A DNA stretch of 63,348 nt, counting the filler, from Octopus bimaculoides (Eukaryota), in NCBI RefSeq assembly GCF_001194135.2. It is 6 parts of 6 records of this genome, joined end to end, with 100 filler letters (N's around TTAATTAATTAA, not from the genome) between each part and the next. Parts side by side here need not be neighbours in the genome. Positions count along the whole stretch, not along the records: positions 1 to 21,696 come from NC_068981.1; 5 more parts are not named here. One strand, given 5' to 3'. A program made the position numbers and the translations under genes. Under the pieces are notes generated by a model. The model saw only the letters and a program-made list of their open reading frames with translations, searched no databases and was not told where the DNA came from. This document shows, in pieces, positions 1 to 11,719 of the stretch. Position 1 is the first letter of the stretch; every line of letters begins with the position of its first letter.

Positions 1-44
<44 letters not shown>

Positions 45-46
45 AA
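1..46. repeat. (ATG)n microsatellite
   Basis: Perfect ATG trinucleotide run at the window start. Confidence 0.98.
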
Positions 47-866
47 CAATCTTAGATACCTACCAGATTGATCAGGTTGAAGGAAATTCGCCAACTGCTG
101 CTGCAAAGAAAAGAAAATTAATTGCAAAGACAAAATCACATGAAAAATTAGCTAGTAGATGGGAACCTCTGCATGGCAAGTATGTGGACCGTAGCAAACA
201 AGCTGATGTCGACCAGAAACACACCCATCAATTGTTACAAAGCTCAGGGCTAAAAGCAGAGAGTGAAGGTTTCATATTAGCTGCTCAAGACCAAAGCTTA
301 TTAACCTGAAACTACCAAGCCAATGTGATAAAAAATGGAGCTGACCCAAAATGCCGATTCTGTAACAATGAGATTGAAACTATAGACCACCTAATCTCAG
401 GACCATCTCATCTCAGAGTCTTAGCGCCTGTAGAATGTAAATCATGACATGACAGAGTCGGCCAGTATTTACACTGGACAATATTCGGCATTATAAAATC
501 AAAACTGCTGACAAATGGCATAAACAACATCCTGAAGCTGTGACTGAAGGAGAAAATGTGTCGATTCTCTGGGACTTCTCCGTACATACCGACAAAACTA
601 TAAAAGCTAATAAACCGGATATTATTATAAAAGATCAGACAAAAAAGATGTGTTTATTAATTGACATGAGTATTCCTTGCGATCATAATATAACGGCGAA
701 AGAATTTGACAAGATCAGTAAATATAAAGACTTGCTAATAGAAATTGAAAAAATGAGGCATCTCAAGGCGACTACCGTACCAGTGATTGTAGGATCTCTA
801 GGAATGATAAAAAAAGGTACTGAAACCTATTTGAAAATGATACCAGGCTTACCATAGGAAGTGCAA
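47..866 (+). mobile_element. R4/Dong-type non-LTR retrotransposon, C-terminal fragment (zinc knuckle + restriction-like endonuclease), pseudogenised
   Basis: Translates to LKAESEGFILAAQDQSL, CRFC...ETIDHLISG, HDRVGQYLHW and KPDIIIKD...LLIDMSIP (PD-(D/E)xK). Contains stops and frameshifts; the 3' end runs into an N gap. Confidence 0.88.
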
Positions 867-1230
867 NNNNNNNNNNNNNNNNNNNNNNNNNNNNNNNNNN
901 NNNNNNNNNNNNNNNNNNNNNNNNNNNNNNNNNNNNNNNNNNNNNNNNNNNNNNNNNNNNNNNNNNNNNNNNNNNNNNNNNNNNNNNNNNNNNNNNNNNN
1001 NNNNNNNNNNNNNNNNNNNNNNNNNNNNNNNNNNNNNNNNNNNNNNNNNNNNNNNNNNNNNNNNNNNNNNNNNNNNNNNNNNNNNNNNNNNNNNNNNNNN
1101 NNNNNNNNNNNNNNNNNNNNNNNNNNNNNNNNNNNNNNNNNNNNNNNNNNNNNNNNNNNNNNNNNNNNNNNNNNNNNNNNNNNNNNNNNNNNNNNNNNNN
1201 AATTTGAAGAAAGAAGAAAAAAAAAACACA

Positions 1231-1243
1231 CAACAACAACAAC

Positions 1244-1304
<61 letters not shown>
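1231..1304. repeat. (CAA)n/(TAA)n microsatellite
   Basis: Direct reading. Confidence 0.97.
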
Positions 1305-1306
<2 letters not shown>

Positions 1307-3083
1307 TTGTAATCATGATAAAAATAAACAAAACTTGTTGACAATGCACAGAATGCCTCACCCTAAAGTTGATATAAAACGACTTTACCCGCCAAGAAAA
1401 GAGGGCGGCCGTGGAATTTTACAACTGGAATTGGCTTAAACTCCTACCTCAAAATCTCTGATGACTGGATGTTAAAACTTGTCTTAAAACAGGGAAACAA
1501 GAAAACATCATACACAGTAACAAAACAGGCAAAGAAATATCTAAGTAAATTCCCAAATACAACAAATCCTAGAATTAGACGTACTGGAAACAAGCACAGA
1601 AAAAGCTAAACGTATGAAAACCCGTGCTAAAACTGCTGCCTTAGATATTCTCACTGATAAATGGTAAGAAAAACCTCACAATGGCAAATACCTAAAGAGA
1701 GCTAATAATGCTGATGTTGACAAAGCCCTTACCCATCAATAGCATCTTCCGGCTTAAAATCATCACAGACAGAAGAATTTATTATAGCAGCCCAAGATCA
1801 ATGCTTAGCTACAAGAAGCTACCAGGCTAACAAGTTAAAGAACAGCTGTAGCCCAACATGTCGTGTATGTAAACAACAGAATGAAACTATTGATAATGTT
1901 ATCTCCATGTGCAATCTTCTTGCGTCTACGGAGTATCTCAACAGGCATGATAGAACAGCACAGTGTATTTACTGGGTAATTTTCAATGAGCTGGACCTAC
2001 CTCATGATAAAGACTGGAGGGAAGATAAACCACCGTCAGTGCTTGAAAATGACCATATCTCACTCCTTTGGAACTTCACTGTTCAAACTGACAGAAAGAT
2101 AGATGCAAGTAGGCCAGACATTATACTGAAAGACTTCAGATGAACACCATGCCTCCTCTTCGATACGACTGTCCCAATGGACATAAATATATCTGTCAAG
2201 ACCTACCGAAAACTGAGCAAGTATAAAGATCTTGAAATTGAAATTGGCAAAATGAGGAACTTCGAAACTGAAACAATACTTGTTGTCATAAGTGCCCTTG
2301 GAATGATAGGAAAGGATGTTGATTTCTACCTAACTCATATAGCAAGAAATCCAAAAATGGAAGGAATTAAAAAAATAGTGCTAATGGGAACTACCCATAT
2401 TCTACGTAAAATATTGTCTATATAATCTAAAATTTTAAAACAAACTTATAATTATCTTATGTGTCAAAATATTTTTAAATGTACATAACAGCAAACACCT
2501 TTTATTGTCATCTCAACATCAGAGTATCATCTTATAATGAAATTACTTTTAAAACACTTTTAATTTATTTATGTTTTGACAGACATTTTTTAATACAGAG
2601 CTCGCTAACCGGAGGCCCGTGGGCCACATGTGTCCCACAGACTTTTTGTCTAGTGGTCTGTTTAATACTACCTTGAAATAGGTTTATTTAAACAAACACT
2701 TTCAAAATGTTATCAAAAATTAGAGATTGTAATGAAAAGGAAAAAAGAAAGACACAACTGTTTTTGCAACGATAATATTTCATGTTGAATCAACAATCCT
2801 TCATTCATTATTGTAATAATAGCATGAGAAAGCAAAATGCTTTCAATTTCGTCAGTATACAAGCACTCTCAAAACACTTTCTGTGATTAAAGTGGTCTGC
2901 AATGTAATTCGAGTTGGACAGGCCTGCTCTAGAACAATACTCTCTGCAAAACCAAATATCTGTTACGCTAGTCGTAACACCAACTTAAACTTCTAAATTG
3001 TTTCCTCTTGAGGTCTCTGGGTGAGACTTAGAGTCTACTTGTACACATACAAAGCAAAAGCCAACTATATAATGATAATTATA
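1305..3083 (+). mobile_element. Second, divergent R4/Dong-type LINE, 5'-truncated, with 3' UTR and degenerate TAA tail
   Basis: Motifs HPKVDIKRLYPPRKEGGRG, AAQDQCL, CRVC...ETIDNVISMC, RHDRTA, RPDIILKD and MGTTHILRKILSI* (stop at 2425). The 3' UTR ends in TAATGATAATTATA near 3083; that boundary is inferred. Confidence 0.85.
2596..2926. mobile_element. hAT (Buster/Charlie-like) non-autonomous element inside the LINE 3' UTR
   Basis: Left end CAGAGCTCGCTAACC...GGCCCGTGGGCCACATG; right end reverse-complements to CAGGCCTGTCCAACTC. The 8-nt flanks TTTTAATA and CTCTAGAA both fit NNNTANNN but match at only 4/8. Confidence 0.6.
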
Positions 3084-3099
3084 GCCCTGGTGCATCTTT

Positions 3100-3690
3100 C
3101 CTAATCTAAGTTATAAGACGAAGTAAATTTCCAGAGAATAAGCCTGTTTTTGAATAACACTTGAAGGTAATGTAACTGTTTGATGTTGATCCGTTTAATT
3201 AAATCGTGGTGTGAATATCCAGAATTTTAAGAGAAACTTGATGGAGTAGAATCACTTGGGAAAGGACTTGAAGTTCAAAAGTTTTAATGTATACACTGCT
3301 ACTTTAACCATACATCATCCTTTGTGAATGTTAAATAGAACGCAACATTCTTGTCAACCTATATCTGAACATTTAAATACCGAGGCACTTCAGGGAGTTC
3401 CTTTTCAGATTCTGAATTTTACATTACAGGCGAATTAAAAAGATAAACACAAAACCAAAACTAGTTTCGATACTTACATTTCTTATTCGTCAGTATATTA
3501 ATATTGTGAAGATTTACATCACTATTCGCTTACATTTCGGAGTGTTCCTCTGAATAAATTTACATCATTCCTCTTATTTCTCACATAGGTTTATCAATAA
3601 TGTTAATGCATGCCATATCCGTCTCTCCTGGACTTAGATATTCTTCTGTACATAAGTGAACCATTTTTGCTTGTTGCTGATCTTCTACTT
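3100..3690 (-). pseudogene. Possible relic of a spliced fibronectin type III-like gene
   Basis: 66-nt GTAAGT...TTCAG intron at 3477-3412. The following exon reads SEKELPEVPRYLNVQI*VDKNVAFYLTF / SVYIKTFELQV...TI*LNGSTSNSYITFKCYSKTGLFSG, with 2 stops and 1 frameshift. Confidence 0.3.
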
Positions 3691-3994
3691 AAAGCCCAAT
3701 GCTGATGCAGGTGAAACAACATATATCTATTTGTCATTCACTGATGTTGCAACCTTTATATCAACTTGCACATAACATGATATACTCCATATCAGTTTTG
3801 ATTTCCACCTAGGATAGTCATAATATATTGTCCGTTGAATTCAGGAGAAAATAGTAGACACAACACACACGCGCACACACACACACGAGTGTATATACAC
3901 TTATATAACAATATCGATATATATCTCTGTGCGTGTGTTCGTGTGTGTATGTGTATGTGTATGTCTATTTATGCATGTATATATATATCCGATT

Positions 3995-4480
3995 TACACT
4001 TCGAATTTAAACACCATCATGAATTAAGAAAATTGTCTAAATTAGATCAGTGTGTCCTTTATCAGCTGATTGCTCTTCAACTTCATCAAAAAGTTTGCCT
4101 TCTCACGTCATTGAAGAGTAAACTTATTACCGATACTTTCCTGGGTTAAATAACGATTGGTGAAAAACGGATTCTCTATAGTCATATTCAATAAAATGAT
4201 TTTTACCCAATAAAAAAAATGAGAATTCATTGTCAATCCAGAACTGCACCTGAAAAATGTTATTCTCTGTGTTTGTAGGAATATGTAGGGTCCCATCTGT
4301 TATAAAGTTTTAACCTAAAACGAAACGGTTAACACAGGGAAATATTGTCAATGCAGAGAGATATCGTCAGTTGCAAGCATTGCACGAAGATCAAAGAAAA
4401 CATCCGTCGTTGGTCAATTTTAAGGAGTTGTTGCTTTTACACGATAATGCAAACACTTCATATTACCCAAATCACTCAAA
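3995..4480 (+). mobile_element. mariner transposase relic (catalytic region)
   Basis: KLSKLDQCVLYQL (WVPHEL-like), FLG*ITIGEKRILY (TGDEKW-like), HLKNVILCV..GPICYKVL..NETVN and LLLHDNA. Confidence 0.8.
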
Positions 4481-4484
4481 TAGT

Positions 4485-4860
4485 TATTGTAACACTTGCA
4501 ACAGGTGTAGAGCTTGAAGATTTCGTAAGCTATGGCGTAGATGAATTGCTAGTGTCCAATAGAGAAAATGTCTCTAACGAGAAGCTGATACTGTTACAAG
4601 AAGAGTAAATTGAGAATAGATGAGAATACGGAAATTCCAACTCTGATTAAACTGACTGCAAAGGATATTACTGAAGTGTTAGCAATTATGCAGGAAGGTC
4701 TACAGTTTATAGAGGAAGGTCTGAAAACAACCTTAATCATGAAAGTAAAATAAAAATTACAAGAGGAATTTCCAATGACCTCAGTTCCAATACTGAGCTG
4801 TAAAAACAGATGATGCGTCATGGACATCAAACAATTTGGATAAGTTCTTCGACCATCATG
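4485..4860 (+). mobile_element. pogo/Tigger-like transposase C-terminal tail
   Basis: VDELLVSNRENVSNEKLILLQEE, LTAKDITEVLAIMQEGLQFIEE and HQT..DKFF match the typical Tigger C-terminus pattern. Confidence 0.65.
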
Positions 4861-4862
4861 TA

Positions 4863-5700
4863 CAGCCTTGGCCAAAAGTATTAGGTCACCCCAATGTTTT
4901 GGGGTTCTGCTATCTCAATGTTAATGAAACTCGTGCACATGGTAGATTATGGTGTATTTCGCAATATACATTAGTTTTAATATCTGGTTGGCCCTCCTTT
5001 AGCATCAATTACCGCTTTTATACTGTACTGTACATATGCAACCAATTATGAGTAAGACCAACGTCCAAAATTAGCTTATGTTTCCTTGATTATTTCAGAG
5101 TTTTATACTTAAATACATTGTACAGTTAATTAGCAGTAAAATGCCTAAAACAAGGAAGTTGAGTGAGTGTGAGCGAGGTCAAATCGGAGCTCATCATGAA
5201 AATGGAACGTCTCAAAGGCAAATTGCTCAGAAGATGAAATGTTCTCGATGTGTGGTGCAAACGATTCTCAAGCACTTCAGAGAGACAAAGGATGGGAAGA
5301 CAATACAAAAACAGGTAGAAAAAAGATTACATCACTTCTTGATAACAGATCCATCATCAGTCAATCGCTCAGAAACAGGAGAAAAACATCGTCAGAACTC
5401 TGTGTGGACTTCAATGAGGCAAGTACTTCACAAATATCAGGAAGAAGCCATGGGTTTCTGAAGCGAATATGGAAAAACGTTTTCAGTGGGCAAAAAACCA
5501 CTCAAATTGGACCAGTGAGCAATGGTCGAAAGTTATATGGTCTGATGAAAGTAACTATGAGGTAAGATAGCACAGGTTTTCAATCAACATATAAACTTAA
5601 CGTAATTCCTATTCTATCACAATCATACTTCACACAATAGTTAAAATCTCTCGTGGTAAGACGTACTCACAATATTACGATTCTTATTTGCTCTGTAACG
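4863..5700 (+). mobile_element. Tc1-like transposon, 5' part (TIR, paired-type HTH, first catalytic Asp)
   Basis: TA at 4861-62 followed by TIR CAGCCTTGGCCAAAAGTATTAGG. ORF from 5141 MPKTRKLSECERGQI...SQRQIA, then GRKKITS and WTSEQWSKVIWSDESNYE; frameshifted. The right boundary is approximate. Confidence 0.85.
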
Positions 5701-6346
5701 TATTTTTCTTGAAGTAATGTATGCATACATATTGTACAATGTATCTCTAGAAATTGCTATTTTTATACATAAAGCGGTTGTGTTGTTGCTTGTTTGTTGC
5801 TTTTATGAAAACATCTTTAGGATCAAATTATCACTTTAAAGCAATGGGAAATCAATATTGCTCTACGTAACTATTCGTTACGGTATATTTTCAGAGACTT
5901 ATTACTTTCGTAGTCCTAGGTGGAGCTCCATTCATATATACATATACATGTTGTCTTTCCACTTGTTTTAGCTAGAGGAACTGTTGATGACCGAGTCGAT
6001 GAAGTACTGAACAAATAACTGTGTGAATAACAGTTATTATATGGTCTCCTTGGAGTAAAGAAACGAAATAACGTTAGGGAATTGAGTCTCCTACTCTAAC
6101 TCTTTTTATCACCTGAGAAGGATCTTGAGAATAAAACTTGTCTACTTAACATCATTCTTAGATCCGTTTGGCAGTTTTATTTTCATGTACAGCAGTTCTG
6201 AAATCGATTCTTTATAAATAATTTATATAACGCGGCATCACATTTTCATTACAACTCTTTGTTCAATAAGTCATTGAGGTGATTACATCGGTCAACAAGT
6301 ATTTTTCATCAAGCATACGTCAAGGTGTACTTAGTATAGTTTTTAA

Positions 6347-8446
6347 CACTGATTTCAAATATACAATTAAATTTTTGACATCTCGTACAGTTTTCAAGAT
6401 CAGAAAGTTTTTTGGTGTTAGCTCATGCATTATATAGAAATTCCAATTAATGACGTGAATGCATGCATTTCATTTACATCATGGAAACATACCTTTAGAA
6501 TAAACTACCTTATTCATTGCTGCATAGTTCAAATACGATATTTCATCATCTTAAATTAACCAATCAAGTTTTGTCTGATGAAATAGGCATTTCATGTCAA
6601 ATTGCCCAGTTATAATTGGTCTGATGAAATATTTCGTCATCTCAAATTCAATATAAGTACAACCGTTTGTATTTATTTCCTTCCTGGTTTTACAGCGTTA
6701 ACAATGTCAAGAAATCGGCCTGATGTGTTTTGTTATGTTTGTGGACATAAGTACATGCCTTTTGCCATTCCAATGATATGGAGGAAGTTGAAAAAACCAT
6801 TTTAAGGATTTTCTATGACGAATAAACACAAAATTGTGTATCCCAATTTGGATTCTGCAATGAGACCTGCGCCTCACAATGGAAGTTTGCCAATTCCAAT
6901 TCCAGATGCTGGCATTGAAACATTAGATGATGATGCTGATTATCACGAAAGTGCTGCTGAGGAAGATTACGTGGCTGACGATGATAGTTTTGAGCCTCAG
7001 AAATTTTCCGAAGCTGAACTGAATGACTTTGTCAGAAACCTATCCCCCTTATAAGATAAAATAGAACTGTTGGCATCAAGACTGAAGGAGAAGTATCTGC
7101 TAGAGCACGGTGTTTGTATAACTTACCTTCGGCAGAGGAATATGGTTCTAAAAATGTGTTTTTCTGTTGAAAACCCGCTTTGCTTTTACAGTAACATCGA
7201 TGGACTTTTCGAATGTTTATCACAAGATCATGATCCTGCAGAGTGGCGTTTGTTTATTTACTCTTCAAAATGAATTTTAAATGCTGTACTTCTCCATAAT
7301 GGTAATTTGAAACTCTCCATTCCTATTACGCACTATGTTCATCTTCATGAATCATATGAGAATATGGAACTTTTACTTCATGCCATTGCCTATGAAAGAC
7401 ACTCATGGAAAATATGTGGAGAAATAAGTCTCGCAAAATACTGTTGTTTCTTGCGTCTATGGGATAGCCGGGCAACTGACAGACATGATACGGAATCAAA
7501 CTGGCAGGCAAGAACATCATACCAACCAGGACTCTCTAGCGTCAAGAATACACTTGTTGTAGATCCACGTAATGTCTTATTGCTTCCTTTCTACATAAAG
7601 CTTGGATTGGTGAAACACTTTGTAAAGACATTAGAAAAGAGAAATGCCAGAGGGTTTGAGTATATTATAGAAAAGTTTCCCAAAATTACATGGGCGAATT
7701 TGAAAGAGGGTATCTTTGTCGGACCCCAAATTAGGGAAGTACTCAAAGATGTCAACTTGAAGACAACACTGGATGAACGGGAACTGCCTGTCTGGAATGT
7801 TTTAAAATGAATCTGTGAAAATTTCATGGGCAACAAGAAGGCAATGGATTACAAGGATTGCGTCAAGAATCTTCTGAAGTATTACTCAGCAATGGGTTGT
7901 CGCATGTCACTGAAAGTTCACGTCTTGGATTCCCATCTGGCTTTCTTCGCAGATACCCTTGGAGCAGTGTCTGATGAACATGGTGAAAGATTTCACCAGG
8001 ACATTAGTGCTATGGATAAACGGTATAAAGGCTTCTGGAATGACAGTATGCTGGCTGACTACTGCTGGACACTACCATGATCAACCAAATCAGGAACACC
8101 GCAGGAAATCCAAATCACAATGTTTCTAACTCTGTTGTTCTCACTTTGTCTGTTTTATCTGACCCATTGTTTTGTTTTTATTTTTGTGTGTATTCAAACT
8201 TTGTATAATGATAGTAATGTTTTTTAACTCAATAAATTCATTTGCTTTCTAAAAATAATATGTCCTTCTTTATTACGTTAATGATTTCATATAAAAATAT
8301 GTAAATATTTTCATGAATCTACTGAAAAACTGATACGAGCTGCATACAAATGGAGTAAAATTTTGGAATCACAATGAAAAATTAGTCTTTAAAAGTTGGT
8401 TTATATTCATAATGAGTATAATACATTTAATTTTGTTGACCAGCGT
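6347..8446 (+). mobile_element. Chapaev3-type (CMC superfamily) DNA transposon, degenerate but near full span; transposase about 6704-8129
   Basis: Motifs RNRPDVFCYVCG, YPNLDSAMRPAPH, LASRLKE, WRLFIYSSK, LLHNGN, CCFLRLWDSRA, IKLGLVK, KEGIFVGPQIR, MSLKVHVLDSH, SDEHGERFHQDI and MLADYCWTL. Termini CACTG (6347) and CAGCG (8446) with TAA/TTA flanks. Confidence 0.78.
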
Positions 8447-10504
8447 TATTTAACTTTTTATAGTTATCAAAGATCCAAGCCCAATGTTTTTATTTTTTCT
8501 CTTTGCTTCTCTTTCTTCCTNNNNNNNNNNCCAATGTTTTTATTTTTTCTCTTTGCTTCTCTTTCTTCCTTCTTTCCTTTCTTTCTTTTTCTTTCTTTAT
8601 TCTTTCTTTCTTTTTCTTTCTTTATTCTTTCTTTCTTCCTTCCTTCTTTTCTTTATTTATTTATCTATACAACCAACCAGACATGAATACATTGTCTGCT
8701 TGTCTGGAACATCAGCAGTTTGCGAGAGAGCCCCTGCTGGATTATTCAATTTGCTACAAAAATTAGCCAAAACACGCACACTTTCTTTTCAAGACTCTAA
8801 TGTCTCGAAAAGAACATAAATTAGGCAGTACGTCTGAAAAACAAAACTTTGGGATGGTCACGATTAAAATTCTCTTGATCAAGGTTTGGCTCTTCAAATG
8901 CTGACGAACAACAATATTATTCCAAATTTCGGATATTTCCTTCAGAAATATTCCATTCTACCTAAACATGTTTTTTTGCGCTCACAACTTCTCTTTTCAT
9001 CATACTCTCTATGCACGTCAAATAACCCCAGCTAGAAGCAGAAGCCAAATCTACTTTCATATCACACACTACCATATTTAATAATGAAAATGATTACACT
9101 GGTTAATAAAATTATAGCTATGCTAGAAAGAAGTGGGCTCAGGCGAAACAACAACAACCATACAAAACTACTCATCAGAACCGCTTTTTTCTGGAATCCC
9201 TTTTCTTTGCGTAGTTATCTCTAACAAGTATTTGGCAACTAAACTAAACAGGAATGAAGTCAACACTATGTCATTACGTTTGTATTTTGAAAACAATAGG
9301 TGGTGAAAAATTTATATTAGGTCACTCACCAATATGAAAGTTCCAACAAAGTGAAAAGAAGCAAGTAATTTTGTTTTTAATGTTGAGTGATGCGTTGGAC
9401 TGTCGTTTGCAGTGAGCTCAGTACTATCCTTCACAATGAGTTAAGAGAGTGTAATGTATTTAAAGAGATGTATTTCAATTATCCAAATGGTCACCATATT
9501 GATGGCATAAAGTTTACGCTCCAGACTGTAACCCACAAATAGGCCGTCTATTTTATTTCCTTACCTCTTGTACCGGTAACGATAGACCTCCACTCCTCGG
9601 AAATGGCTTGGTTTCTTACACTACTACTTAATTTGTTGCCTAGTATAACACCATCCCCAAGCCCACTAGTGCCTTTCGTGTAATGGACGCATATATCAGT
9701 AAGCATTTCTACCTTGTTTATGGCCTGAGGATATTGTGATCACATGATGTGCCGAAACTTAATACATTGTGCGAACCAGGTGTCTCTCTGAACATAACTT
9801 CTGTGCTTGTCTCCACCAATCTTGATGCTGCTCTACCTTTTCTGAATAAGCAATAAACTAAATGCATAAAGGCAAACGAAAAAATCTACCCATGGGTTGC
9901 TCATAAAATACTACAGCAATCATTTTAGGCAAAATGTATGTCACTGCAATTTATTGTATTTTTTGAAATTCTTCAGAAGAAATTCCCCTCTGCTTAACTT
10001 TTGGGTCGTGAGAACATTTCCCCAGATTATATTTGTAGTAACCTTCTTAAAACAAGGAAATACTTCTAGCAGTAAATTCTTTAGATGACAGAAACATTCT
10101 TCACCAATTCACTGTGATATCAAAACTATTTACAAAATAAAAGATTCAGGTTATTTAACCTCTCTGTTATCAAACTGCTTTATATTTCAAGCAGCATTTT
10201 ATTTTTAAAAAGTTTATTCTGAAAGAAAGATTATACTTATATCATTCTTTCTAGTGGACATATTGTCTAAATGTAGGGAGATAAACTGAAAGCAGCGTTA
10301 AAGAAAGAAGTTTTACACTATTTACTTTTAGTTTTCTTTTTGATTCGAGTTCCAACTAAGCTATATATTGATTTCAGATTTCTATGGCCATTAAAAGAGC
10401 TGCTAGTACTATACAACACTTCACTGAGTCTAATTTGGTCCATTTGCTAAAATAATTGCTATGAAAATGATACTTAAAAAACAGATCACCGCAGTGTATA
10501 TTTC

Positions 10505-10556
10505 TCGCTATCGCTCTCTCTCTCTCTATCTCTCTCTCTCTCTATCTCTCTCTCTT

Positions 10557-10637
<81 letters not shown>
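10505..10637. repeat. (CT)n microsatellite
   Basis: Direct reading; one example of dozens of SSRs. Confidence 0.97.
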
Positions 10638-10641
<4 letters not shown>

Positions 10642-10674
10642 ATAAATGCACATATTCGTATATACATATATGTA

Positions 10675-11078
10675 CAAGGGTGGGCTGAAAATTTCATAGG
10701 CTGGCTATGAGGGAGTGACGCTAAAGCTGTGAAATCTTGCATGCATTAATTTCAGCCCTTCTTATTGATAACTGTTTTATTTCTTTCCAAGTAAGCTGAT
10801 ATCTGACTGTTCGGAGAGGACTGAAACAATAATTAGTAGCGAATTCTCTTGAGAATGGATATAATTTGACTTTGTGGTCTTATCATATACCGGCAGAATA
10901 AGGGTTTAGTCCCCAACAACATTCGCGCTGACATGATTGCTACATTATATGGCGATGCTCCAGCTTTATCAAAAGGTCAAAGGTGAGCAGCTAAGTTTAG
11001 GAGGGGAAGGGAGTGTCTTGAAGATGACCCAAGATTTGGACGTCCTCAACTGCTACTACCGAGAAAAACATTGATCAG
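10675..11078 (+). mobile_element. mariner 5' fragment (TIR + HTH)
   Basis: TA + CAAGGGTGGGCTGAAAATTTCATAGGC TIR. Degenerate translation KGL.PNNIRADMIATL..DAPALS..FRRGRECLEDDPRFGRP. Confidence 0.8.
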
Positions 11079-11179
11079 GTTAAGGCACTGCCCACATGGA
11101 ATAACAAGCTAAAACAAGACGATGTGCCACGTGGGTAGAGCCTTAGGATTGCGTGAAGGTAACAGACTAGTTATAAAAT

Positions 11180-11290
11180 TCTTTGTGAGTTTTCTCAGCG
11201 CATGAAACTATTAGGAGCTCATAAAAATATACACTGTGTTTATTAAATAATATTTATCTCTCACCAAATGCAGTAATTTCATTGTTGATA
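11180..11290 (-). repeat. Dispersed repeat, homologous to 19500-19620 in the opposite orientation
   Basis: Shared TGGTGAGAGAT(A/G)AATAT..TTTAATAAACAC.GT.TATATT...CTAATAGTTTCATGC. Confidence 0.75.
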
Positions 11291-11719
11291 TAACATCACA
11301 GAACAGTACACTGTGTGTATATGTAAGTGTGTGTGCACGTGCTAGTGTGTGTATGTATGTATGTATGTATGTATGTATGTATGTATTCAAATATGAATTA
11401 GAAGCTGCGCCAGTGTTGTGAACATTACTGAACATACATACACAATGCACGCAGCTAATTCATCATCGGTAGGCTACAAATTAACGCGGTAGAGATGACT
11501 TCATCAAAACGCCGTGCCTACCGGAGAACAAGCGACAATCGTACATTGGCTATGCGTGTTCAGTAACATTTGGAAACCTAACTCTACTTCTAATTCTTGT
11601 TTGAATATATCCTTACTTAAGCACCATCGGGGCATACCAGCAAATGATCTTTTTAATTCTGTTTGCATATAGTCATGGACTGGCGATTCAGTTCGCCTCC
11701 AATCTAGTTCAGGGTGAGG

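Noticed and set aside
1-309. ORF with an N-terminal poly-Met run
   Set aside because: An (ATG)n microsatellite happens to be in frame with a LINE fragment; not a gene.
6575-6635. Two CTGATGAAATA motifs
   Set aside because: No stem II or GAAA arrangement; they are subterminal repeats of the Chapaev-type element.
8481-8570. 40-nt direct repeat either side of a 10-N gap
   Set aside because: Typical unmerged contig overlap, an assembly artefact.
9040-9215. Minus-strand hydrophobic stretch (FVWLLLFRLSPLLSSIAIILLTSVIIFIIKY) suggesting a transmembrane helix
   Set aside because: Only about 50 codons between stops, with no splice signals or family motif. AT-rich DNA yields such peptides by chance.
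11530-11560. YIG tripeptide upstream of the hammerhead
   Set aside because: No GIY partner or R..EH motif in frame; too little to extend the PLE call that far.
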